Shown piece after piece: positions 33,891 through 44,295 of a DNA stretch of 44,295 bases. Position 1 is the first letter of the stretch. Each line of letters begins with the position of its first letter. Below the pieces are notes generated by a model. The model worked only from the letters and a program-made list of their open reading frames with translations. It did no database searches and had not been told where the DNA came from. The translations under genes were made by a program, and so were the position numbers. Source of the stretch: Macrostomum lignano (Eukaryota); NCBI GenBank assembly GCA_002269645.1, contig NIVC01001672.1, positions 252,105-296,399 of the forward strand, in the 5' to 3' direction.

Positions 33891-34519
33891 GTACAATCTG
33901 TTTTATTTCTGCACTACATACATGTAACTGCAGCCCGTGCTGTGAATGCGGTCCCCACTCTGACTTTCGCTCTGTTGCAGCATCTTCAGAATCTCAGCTC
34001 AGTAGTCCGCGCTCGCCTCACACAATTCTATGTCTCGCTAATGCATTGAATGCTACACATTTCATTGGTAAATGGCTATATGCCAATTGTTATCAGTTAA
34101 TTATGATTAGGGAACAATGAGTATGGAGTTTGAGGACTGTGAGGGACAAGTGGGTGGTCAGCGGTGTGCAAGTGGGTGGTCAGGGGTTCAGTGGAATGCG
34201 CATGACTGCTGCCCCTTCACCGGCTTTGAGTCGACTGTCGCCTCGCGGTAGTGCCTCAAGCCCCATGATCAAACTAAATTGGATGACTGCTCTCTGGCTT
34301 AGTCTGAGTGCTTCTGCCTGCCCTCTGGCTTCATTTTCAGTTGCCTGTCGGCTCACTGGCTCTCCTGTGCGGCAGTGCAGTTTTGTTCACTATGGAATTA
34401 GCTCGGAATTAAATAAATCTTATTAATTAGTTTTTTCGAAGTCCAGAGCCGGTCTTTGACGCTCTCAGCTTATCAACCTTTGTTGCTTGTCTGCTTGCTC
34501 GAAGACTGCTCACAGCGGA

Positions 34520-35000
34520 ATTTTCGAAATCATGTTAAAAGCACAAAAGCCCCGAGCATCCAGATCTGTATCGATGCTGCTGGAGTGGCAGAGCTCATTT
34601 CTAAGAATAACAAGCAACAACTCGATCAGAGCTGCTTCTTTTGCAAGCTTTTTCTTGACTCATGAAAATTTCTGCCCAGATTCTGCCGGCTGAGGCGCTC
34701 GCAGGATGGATCATCCTCGCAATGGCTCGGGCCTGTGTGCGTCAGGCCCGACTTCAGATGGTGGCAGATACGGAAAAGCTATTAAAAATATTTATCCATG
34801 GAGTGCACCGGAACAGCACAGTGCAGTGAGGCGGCTAATAGATGTAGGCCAAGAGTTTTTAAAAGTACAATCATGAGACTTCTCTTGGTAGACGTGGGAC
34901 ACGATAGCAAAGACAGGGACAAGAACCAATAAGAAGATGGAACACTTTCGAGAACTTCTTCACCAGCAGTCTGTCGACCAGGCTTCCTGCTCCGCTAATC
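34520..35000 (+). mobile_element. Decayed RTE-clade LINE ORF2 fragment (endonuclease-RT linker)
   Basis: Frameshifted remnants QMVADT..AIKNIYP and RW-EHFRELLHQQSVD resemble the RTE linker motifs AD...F..A.K.IYGP and RWKEHFEELLN. Recognised by eye only. Confidence 0.5.
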
Positions 35001-37180
35001 TTTATAACCTGAGCTTCATCGCTCCGCAACGTGAACAACCGGGCGTCTCTTGAGTGTCAGTAGCAATGAAATTGACTTGACGTGGCGTGGCGTGACGCAG
35101 CTGCTCCAGACACCTGATTTTGGTGAGACAATCATTAGCAGCAGATCAGGATTGGAGCCAGTCGTTACTTGACAAATGCTTCGGAAAATTCCAGGAAACT
35201 GTACAGAGCACCTGAAACAGCCTCACCTGTACTGTAGTCCGATACGAAGACTTTCCTCAGCAGTGCATTCTGTGCGCTCTCCAGGACGCGATGAAGAACC
35301 ATATTTAGTCAAGTCGCGGGGTTTCCCAGCTGGAGTCGCCGACGCCGCAGCAGGTCACTTTTGGACGGACCACCAGGCCTGCGCGGCAATGAAGCACCGT
35401 GTTGACTTTCAGGTCAAATGCCGATCTTGAAAGCGGTGCGCAGCAGGCCAGTGTGTACCGTCGCAATTTCGCGGTTCGCGGCGACAATGTCGGTTTCAAA
35501 GACCTCCAAGGAGACAAAGTGCTGGCATTCCAGCGAATGACCGAATTTCCGACGGCCTACAAAAGTTATCGAAATTACCCCTGATCTACTGGTTAATTTC
35601 GGATGCACACGGATGGGCAGCTTGGGGAATCTCGCCACTGTGCGTGGAATCCATTTAGTATCGACCGCGGCTCGAGAGCCGCAGGATGAGCGGTACAGGT
35701 AAGGAGGTGCGCGAAGTCATGGCGTTTGGCTCTGCGCAGGGAACAGGAAGATCGGTAACGTCGAAGCAGTCACCGCAGTAGATGCCAGAGCTTGTAGGAA
35801 TCTTCCAAACAGAGGAACAGAGGCCGAGATCAGCCTGCAGATGGGGCGCTGGCCTGCTTAAAGAGCTTGTGCAGTCGAAAAGCCTATCCAATTGTGCTTA
35901 AAGAGCTTGTGCAGTCGAAAAGCCTATCCAACTGTGCTTAAGGCTCGACTGCCTCAGACGCTCAGACTACGGGAAGGTCCAGACTCTCTGAGCCATGCAG
36001 AGCGAGAGCCAACGATTAAATACAGGAATTGCTGGTTTGTTAGTACAGCTAAATTTATTGGGTGGGAGTCCAGACGAAGATGGCAGCAACTGAATATTAG
36101 AGACAAATATTAAAAATATGGTATATAACAGTAGTGTTGAATTATTATCATGCATGTCCGCGGTCTGTGACTGCAGGGCTGAGCAGCCGCATCCAGACCC
36201 CGGCGTTGAAACTGGGAAAGGATTTTTTTATGAAAGCCCAGCTCGTTTAATTTATTGCTAGGGGTTGGTTATTAAAATAAATTTGTCGATGCAAATGGCT
36301 CAGAAGAAGCCGGCAGCAGCCGATTGAGGCGGCAGGCAATGCAGGTGACGGTGCCGAGGGCTCGTGTTTTATTGTGAAAAAGCACCTGCCTGCTTTACCC
36401 CAACTGGCCTCATAAAATGGCGACTGAGAGCTGGGAGGCCGCTGGGCTGCTGCACGGATCCCCTCTGATAAATGAGCTGAGCCGCAGGGTCTGAAAAAAT
36501 GATCCACAAACCCATGGTCCTGCGTTTGCCAACAGAAAGGAAGGAAAATGCTGTTTTGATGCCTTCAAAAATGGAGTCATGATCTCCGAGCGGAGAATAT
36601 ATTTTAGAATCACCTGGGCATACATGACTCGTATGTACTGCAGCAGATTGGCGACGCTATGACCGGCTGCACACCTCAGCTGAATAGCAGTGACTTAGAC
36701 AGTGGTCGAAGTTGAGTCATCGTGTTGACGGTTGGGAGGTGAGACAAACTTCTCGTAGAATTTTGAGGTGCGCGCGCGCGCCCCTTGTCAGCCTCGTCCT
36801 ACCTGACGCGTGACTCTGGGTTAACTCGACATTTCATGAGCCCCCCCCCCCTGCAGCTCATCAATACCAGTGCTCATATGCTGTCCGACTGATTCGTGCT
36901 GCCACAGTCGGTGCAGGAAGTGCCGCTGCTGACTCTGCTCTGAGACGCTGCTGCTATATGGGAGTCGAGTATTGCTTGATGGTGTGCCTTATATTCCATT
37001 AATGGTCCTTGGCTGCTATTAACTGTGAGGGCATCCGGAAGCAATTGTTCACTTCTTCGATGAAGGCACTCGATGAGTGATGGGCCCGGAGATGCACCTA
37101 ATTCGGTCCGGTCAGGCAGGCGAACTGAGACTCCAACTGAGGCTTTGAGTCCCGGAGTTCACCTTGACTGCTCAGGTGAT

Positions 37181-37547
37181 TTTTTTATTATTTTTTTTAG
37201 AGGCAGGGGGTTGTGTGCACCCTGGCGCACTTTAAGCGACATAGGCACACAACCGGCGAGAGGCATTACTGCCCATTCCGCCGACTCCCCTGAGCAGGCA
37301 TACAAGCGCGTGGATACGTACGCAGGCACACACTCACACAGGAGTGTACAGCGGCCCTAACTTTATATTATCGTTAGGCATGTACACTTCACTGCGCCTT
37401 GGGGGTTGCTCTCAAGGCCGTTAATTGCACGAGCAGAGCCAAGCCGAGATTCCAATTCAGCCCCAAATTAATGTGACTGCACTTGGAATCGAGCCTGGGT
37501 CGCTGGCACACCAGAGCAGCTGCGCTACCGCTGGGCTACGGCCCCCT
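37181..37547 (-). mobile_element. Full-length tRNA-derived SINE with A-rich tail and 13-bp target-site duplication
   Basis: The minus-strand head gggggccgTAGCCCAGCGGtagc...GGCTCGATTCC carries Pol III A and B boxes. The 3' tail is ctaaaaaaataataaaaaaa. CTGCTCAGGTGAT flanks it on both sides (37168-37180 and 37548-37560). Confidence 0.88.
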
Positions 37548-38014
37548 CTGCTCAGGTGATGCCTGGATTGGCTCAATGAGGTCTAGCTGCCATCGCCTCA
37601 CTCAGAGCTGGGTAAAACAGTATTCATGTGTGTTACGAGCCCGAGAGAAGAGTGCCATTGAAATGGCACACAAATGCAATTCGCATTAAACTCACGCCGA
37701 CGGAGATTCGGTTTTGCTACATGTCAAATGTGGCGGCTGGCTTGTTTAACTGGCTCTGGTACGGCTGCCCCCGACTCCACTGCAGCCGTCAAGCATTTAG
37801 AGAGAATAGAGACAAATGTTGCCAAGCCGCACTAGCATTGGACTCAGACTGCTCTGGGATGGGCAGTATGAGGCTCAGATGATCAGCTCTAGCCAGTGCA
37901 GAGCAGGGAGTCATCGGGGGGGGGGGTAGCTCCGCGCTTAAACAAATTTATTTTTTGTTTATGATCATTTCAAAAATTAATTTCATGCGTCTGAATTTTG
38001 TGCCAATGTGTCCG

Positions 38015-38210
38015 CGCCAGTTACGTCACCTCTAAGCTGTCTCGCGCGAGACAGTTACGTCACCTCTAAGCTGTCTCGCGCCAGTTACGTCACCTCTAAG
38101 CTGTCTCGCGCGAGACAATTACGTCACCTCTAAGCTGTCTCGCGCGAGACAGTTACGTCACCTCTAAGCTGTCTCGCGCCAGTTACGTCACCTCTAAGCT
38201 GTCTCGCGCC
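38015..38210. repeat. ~31-37-bp tandem repeat (agttacgtcacctctaagctgtctcgcgc[gagac])
   Basis: About 6 units; some contain the perfect palindrome gtctcgcgcgagac. Confidence 0.93.
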
Positions 38211-38325
38211 ACGATAAGAAAGCCAGGGCCGCTGTACACTCTGTATGATCACAGTCCAGAGCCCCTGAAACAGGATCGAAACAGGGAACCAACTTTTCTC
38301 GATCAAAGTGCTTCTACTTCGTTTC

Positions 38326-38838
38326 CTGGAAAATTTCAGGAGGCAGATTTTACTAAAAATACATTACGAAGATTGGAGGTTTTCATATTTTTAGCACAAA
38401 GAGTTGTAATTAATTTTGATAGGAGACAGACCCAATGTTCATCTTTTGATTTTCCTAGAGTTTTTCATTTAGAAACATTAAGGATTCTATTGTAATTTTA
38501 CATCCTGATGGCTAAAAATCATTAAAAATGGCATAAATCAACTATTTTAATGATTATATGAATCTGTTTTATCAATCTGTTACACTCATTAAGCTAAGAA
38601 TGAAAATAGATTCATAAATTTTATCAATACAATTAGCATAAAGTCCTAATTTTCTAAACGAAAAGACCTCTATGAATATCAACAGTTATAAGAAAGGCAA
38701 TAAATATCAAAAGATGAACATGGGGTCTGCCTTTTATCACAAGGAATAACAATATTTGTGCCAAAGAAACGAAAACCTCCAATCTCCGTATTGTGTTGTT
38801 TTGGTAAAACCTGACTCCAAAATTTTCCAAGAGGCAGT
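38326..38838. mobile_element. Decayed foldback/MITE-like element with ~130-bp imperfect terminal inverted repeats
   Basis: 38326-38452 (ctggaaaattt..ggaggcag..gattggaggttttc..gcacaaa..cagacccaatgttcatcttttgat) is the reverse complement of ~38705-38838. The interior is AT-rich. Confidence 0.65.
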
Positions 38839-39609
38839 TTCTCATCCTTCTACTTGAGCAGTTCTTGGTCATAGCTTTCCACCGCATAGGCTCATGTGTG
38901 CCTGCATTATTTATTTTACTAATTGCATAAAGTAGCCAGACAAGACTTGATTTACGATGCAGCCGTGCTTTGCACCAAAATAGGGTGACTTGACGACTTT
39001 AAGATTTGTTTTAAAGACGTTCAGAGGCTTTATTAAAGTGAAAATAGGCATAAGACGGTAAGCGTTGTACGCGAAGAAATATCAAGAGAGAAGATTGTGT
39101 AGAGAACAGTTGTGCAAGTAGCTGAGAGCATGCTGTGCTGCTGCACTTACATGTAGCAGAAAAAATAATAACACGTGCATTCATAAAAGTTTTGAAGCTG
39201 GTTTGGTAAGTGCATAAAATCTGGGGTTAGTTGAGTTGCTCAAAGTTAACAGTAAAATTATCAAGTTGCTTACGAGTGCTTTGTAGAAAAGGGGGCCAAT
39301 CTTAACTGCTGGCCACTCTTTGCTGCACCTGAATCTGAATGGAACACGGAAGGCGCACAAAAATCCATGAAATTGTGGGGCAAAACTCCAGTGAGGGTCC
39401 AGCGTGTACGCAGAGGGGCCACCATCAGCCCCCTACATAAATTTCCCGCTTCCAAATACTAAATGAAAGAGGCAACCAAGTTCTACGACAGGAGCTCAAA
39501 TTTTGCCACCTCTTGGGCAGGGCATCCATCGCCTGGGAGACAGGGGTACGGGAGCCACTGAAAACCTGTAAGCATCCTGTCAGATAGAGAGCCTAACCCA
39601 TGCGGGCCA

Positions 39610-39775
39610 GAGGAGGGGAGAGAGGAGAGAGAATACAGAAGGGAGATGAGAGATAAGAGAAAGGAGAGGAGAGACGAGGAGATGAGAGAGAAAAGAGAGA
39701 GAGAAGAGAAGAGAGGAGAGAGAAAGAGACAGAGGAGATTAGATAGAAGAGAGCTGAGAAGAGACACAAGCCGTG
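39610..39775. repeat. GA-rich low-complexity tract
   Basis: Read directly. Confidence 0.9.
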
Positions 39776-40859
39776 AGCAGGCCGGATTGCTATTGTGAAG
39801 TTTCAAAGGACCCGAGGGCCGGATAGAGGCTTTGCAGGCGTGAGTCTGCGGACCCCTGGTGAAGGATCTCAACGCCCTAATCTGAGTTGACGCCAAAATT
39901 ATTATTAGATATTAAAATGAAAAAATCATATAGGCAATGAAAATTAAGGACACCAAATACGAGCTATTGACACCACGCCTATTAGGCCTCCTGCGTACGG
40001 CACTCCATTGGTCATGCAGAGGTTCCCCACAAAGGCCACCAATTTCTGATCCCTGATTCCCGAAATTCCCCTCTAGATCTGCCGCCGTTCGCTGCTCAAG
40101 AGCTCAGTGACAAATATTGGCCTGCGCTAGCAGCTAGTGCAACATGTGGCAGGATATGCTTGGTGATCAATTGTCGTGTGGCTGCAAACTCTGGCGTCAG
40201 GAAACGCTTCTACGAGTAGTGCAATATTTCTAGCAGCTATTGATTTTCTAAAATATGTTTTGGGATCCCGACTGCATTCCCAATGGTTTAACCAAGAAGG
40301 TCCCGCTGGTGAACTCAATCCTACAACCGCTATTGTCACTAGATAACCTTGACGCATGTATGCACGAGTATGCACGGGCAATGTGAAAAGTACTTTATAT
40401 TGTATAAAGCTCGCACCGCCACAACCAAGCTTCATAATAATGTCACTTGCACTTCATTCATTTCTGCAGCCAAAAGACCACAGTCCACAATGCCTCGCTT
40501 AATCAACTGCATCATCCAGCAACAGCGTTCAACACTGCTGCATTCTCATGCACTCTCATGGAATTCTCCCTCACTGTTGTCCTAAGTCCTAAGATATGCA
40601 ATCTGGACCGCAAAGAAATTGGTGATTAAAATTTCTGTGTGAAAGCTTTAGTTTGAAAGCTTGTTCCCAGGGACTTCCAGGTTAGGTGAGGGCAGCGCAA
40701 AGTCAGGGTCTCCTCAATGTTTGCGGTTCTGTTTAATGTGCTGGCGGTGGCAAAGGTTAAACAACTTGGAGGACCCAAAACTAACAGCTTTAGAGAGATT
40801 TACAAGAATGGAGGCCGCACACAGGGATTGGGAGGCTCAGACTTGAGCATTATTATGCC

Positions 40860-43800
40860 TTACTGCGTCCGTATCGAGCGCGACCATCTCTGACTCCGGC
40901 CTGGCCGACTCTTCGGGCTGACCGTCGGCGTTTTTTGACTGCATCCGGGCTGCGCCTGCACTCTGGCAGCCAGCGCCTGTCCCAGGTAGATGAAGAGCTC
41001 CAGCAGCTCGCAGATAGTTAGGATTGAGATGCCGGACCAGAGACCCAGAGCTCCTGAAATTCATTTTGTATTAACGGTTTTTCAATACTGAAAGACTTGT
41101 GAGCATGATCAACCTGGACCACTTACCCCCGATGTCGGCCACCAGGTTCTTGGCTGGGTAGGCCTCCTCCTCTGAGACTTCGTGGCGCGGGACTGCCAGG
41201 CCTGGACCGTCAGCTGAGACAGGCGGTTCTGCACGCCGCCAGCTCGCTTTCGAAGCTCTGAATTGCCTCGGTGCTCCGGTTGATGACGGAGTGTCAGAGA
41301 GGTTCTGAGCCTTAAGGTAAAGGTAGTAGATGCTTGAGGCGCCTCTCATCAAGCTGATATCGTGTCGATAGCCAAAGTCGGCGGCCAACTTCTTCAGAAA
41401 GTCGAGAGACTGCACCGAGAGCAAGTTCGGCCACGGGTAGGTGATGTAGCGGGTGCTGAAGTCGGTCTTGCTGCAGGGCGACTTGCATTCGTTCATGGCT
41501 TCAAAATGGTACTGCGTGATCTTCGACACCTGCTCAATGTAGCACTTCTCAGTGTTGGCCGAAATGTTTCCCCTTGAGTACATGTCGAAGCAGTAGCTGA
41601 GCTTTTTGAACCGCTCTTCTTGAATGGGAAGCATCCCCGGCAGGCATCGGCAGGTGTTGGTGAATTTTTCGACAACATAAGTGTTGACGCAGTTCTCTCT
41701 GTCCGAGACTTTGAACTGACTACCCGAGACTGTCAGTGCGCTGAAGTCATGGAATTAAAATTATTGCAAAATTCGATTTGACATGCTGAAATTCCCAGAA
41801 GCAGAGAAGCGCGAAAAAGGAGGGTTTTATGCAAAATCTTACCTTGAGCCGTTCAGTTTAAGCAGCGCGTTGCGCAACATAGACAGCTTCAGCGTCCAGT
41901 TGGAAGATCGCATAATTTCCTGCGCATCCGAGTTGACGCTGGAAGCAAATTTTTAGTTTTAAACAGCTTTGATATTTACAATATTGCAGACTAAAGATAA
42001 GGAAATAAAACTTTTTGCTTTCTTTACCCAGAGTCCTCATTTGACGTAAACAGCTTCCATGACGGCAGTCGGTAGGTGATCGGCTCCGTAGTCTCAAGGC
42101 AAGGCCTCGATGAGGTGGACAGTCTGGAGTACTTGTCGAATCTAAGATGCACGTCCATGCGCTGAGCGGTGGCCACATTGACGCCGTTCGAGGCCCACGG
42201 GAACGAGCTATCCGGGACGATGACCGCCTGCGGGTTCGCGGTTGAGCAGCCAGGCTCAGAGATTGCGTGAGACACTGAGACGCCCAGCGACCGATGAAGA
42301 CTCACCTTGAATGCGACCTGAGTCGCATCGGAGCCGCGGCTGTCTCGCACCACCCGCGTCAGCTTGTCGATGTTGGACACCGTCTGACCCTTGGAGTCTG
42401 TCGAGTCCGTGAAGTACTTGATGGACAGCTGGCTCTCCGCCAACTGCGTGCTGGTCATGTTGGCGGTGAAGCGCTGCTTGAGAAACTTGTGGCACATGCC
42501 CAGCTGCGGTGGGCGACGTTCAAAAGTCGTCCTTGGTGCACTTCTGGCCAGCGAAGCTGCACTCGGTGAGGCCGGCGTTGAGGTCGCTGCCGAACTGTCG
42601 GGCCAGCAGGTGCTCACCGACGGAGTCTCTGATTGTGGCTGTCACGCTGGGGACCTCGGTGTCTAAAGAAATTCATTCGTACAGAATGCACTGAAAACAA
42701 TGCCTAGAATATAATAATAAATAATAACGAGAAACAGATCCAGCTCAATTGTCACTGGCGCAACTCACAACAGAGTGGCACATTACAGGTCTGAAAGATC
42801 ATGTTAAACAGGTAGCCAAATTTTATCGTAATGGACGGAATGTTGCCCAGAAATCTTCCGGAATGCACACAGGAACCTCCGAATCGATGGCGCTAAACCG
42901 CCTAAAATAATAGGAAAGATTTTGGAGCGCTGCAACAAGCACACATACGCTACTTGCGATGCAATACGAAGCTTACTGGAAGTCCTTGGGCCCGTGGATG
43001 TTGACAGAATCGACCACAACGCTAACCGGACGGCAGTAATTGTCGCTCTCGCCTTCAAGCCTGTCCGGAGTCTGGATAAGCATTTCCCGCACTTCGTCCA
43101 TGAAGCCAACTTCCGAACCTAAATTGAATTTGACTGGTTCGATCAGGCGAAATTAAATTTGCCAGCGGCACAGGTGAGCAATGCAATCGAAGCTCTTACC
43201 GCGGCGCGCCTTGAGAACTTGCTCAATTGTGGACAGCTGACTCCAGGGCATGCACCGCCGGCCAGTGCTGGTGACGTTCCGACGTCCGGTGTAGCGCGAC
43301 AGCCTTTGCTGCTGAGTCAGCTTGTCCTCGGAGCTCACGATGCAGTCGTAGTTCTCGAAATTTCTGGATTGAGCGATGGAACGTCAAGTATTTCATTCAC
43401 GAATCGAAGTCGTCTTGAAAGGAAAAGTCAGGCAACATGTTGGAAACTCACGGCAGTAGGGAATTTCGCAGAATGCAGCGTTCAGCTTGTCGCTCAGCTC
43501 ATCCGCGAAAAAGCAGTAGGGCCCGCTGGAGATTGCGTCCAGGTCGCTGAAGTTTGCGACGTGCAACGGCCTGCTGCCTACAAAGTGGAATGCGTGCCTT
43601 GAGCTGCGAGTTACGAGTCTGCAGAATGACCTGATTTTGCCAGCAATATACAAGTGACCATAAAAATCTGTCCCAGTCGTCAACTTATCGGTTTTATTGA
43701 GCTACTTTTGAGTAGCAACCAATCTCTAACCCGCTCTCCGACTATCCCACCTACCGTTGTCCCGAATCTGCAGAACAGTGACGGCAGTTTCCGATCCACA

Positions 43801-44295
43801 GATTGCCGAATTGTCGTGGAGGCAGGAGGCGTTGCACACGCTGCTGCTGTTCTCGTAGCCGCCAATGCTGCTCCCGCAGAAGCAGTCCTGGCGGCTGATC
43901 GCCATGTACTGGAAGCTGCGCCTGCCGCAGCATTCAGCGCAGGTTCGAGCGAGCTCAAGCCGCCCCGGTAGCAGGTGAAGTTGAACGAACTCGAGTTGGT
44001 CAGCGCAAGGGGAAGGCAGCCGGCGTGCCGAAACACCGAGCCTGTGGTGTTGGCAGGACCGGAAATCTCCATCCGTGTGACCTGATCGAGACAAACAAAT
44101 CGGACAAACAGATGGAAACTCACGGCTAGCGATAGGAAAGAACTCAGACAGAGGCAGCCCAGGCGGCGAGCGGCACCGGGACTCGCTGTCTGAAAAGTTC
44201 AGCGCCAGCAGTCTGTTAGCCAGGCCACTTTCGCCGAGGCTCAGCAGTTTTTGAGCTGCATCGTCCACCTCATGCACTGCTTGACGCCTCTGTAC
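40860..44295 (-). CDS. Second DEG/ENaC subunit with the same kringle-WSC-kringle insert; 5' part lies beyond the window; frameshifted as assembled (sequence errors or pseudogene)
   Basis: Exons (minus) >44295-44124, 44041-43755, 43577-43452, 43363-43200, 43118-42977, 42901-42769, 42662-42306, 42227-42028, 41938-41843, 41740-41127 and 41053-40860, at the same intron positions and phases as the 24152-28278 gene. Motifs: SRCRSPPG, WSC (HAGC...RTCAECC...CFCG...CNASC...ICGS), GPYCFF...CEIPYC, RYTGRRNVTSTGRRCMPW, DNYCRP, NLVADIGGALGLWSGISILTICELLE. At least 9 one-base deletions must be corrected. Confidence 0.85.

Noticed and set aside
35176-35900. Cluster of short ORFs with coding-like composition
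   Set aside because: No family could be recognised; probably decayed mobile DNA. tBLASTx or a Dfam search would be needed.
44051-44082. Alternative acceptor gatcag at 44080 for the paralog WSC exon, giving the continuous ORF 43726-44277
   Set aside because: That frame lacks the first WSC motif (HAGC). The ccacag acceptor at 44041 matches the intact paralog's exon boundary.

Overview
Eukaryotic (animal) genomic DNA with GT-AG introns, GC-rich exons and about 25 different micro/minisatellites. This style, plus a TTAGGG tract, is most consistent with a free-living flatworm such as Macrostomum (inference only). Most long ORFs in the supplied track are artefacts of tandem repeats. Four spliced genes were reconstructed by hand. 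(1) 10-17281 (+): an EPLIN/LIMD2/XIRP-type LIM-domain protein with a long tail of repeated (Y/F)EN-x-P..P-D-V-V-R motifs; most of its long introns are filled by their own minisatellite. (2) 22202-19992 (-): a secreted, probably GPI-anchored three-finger (Ly6/uPAR) protein with two 8-Cys domains. (3) 24152-28278 (+): a complete 12-exon, 1069-aa DEG/ENaC/ASIC-family channel subunit. Its extracellular finger region carries a kringle-WSC-kringle cassette, and the WSC domain is nested inside the first kringle. (4) >44295-40860 (-): an inverted paralog with the same architecture and intron positions, a near-identical ~0.55-kb tract shared with gene 3 (likely gene conversion), and at least 9 single-base deletions (assembly error or young pseudogene). 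The intergenic DNA holds a full-length tRNA-derived SINE with a 13-bp TSD, a CORE-type SINE, a foldback/MITE relic, RTE-LINE and possible Tc1 relics, an interstitial (TTAGGG)10 tract, and an inverted decayed copy of a channel exon. The best candidate for an undescribed system is the kringle/WSC-bearing DEG/ENaC pair, together with the head-to-head three-finger gene as a possible endogenous modulator.
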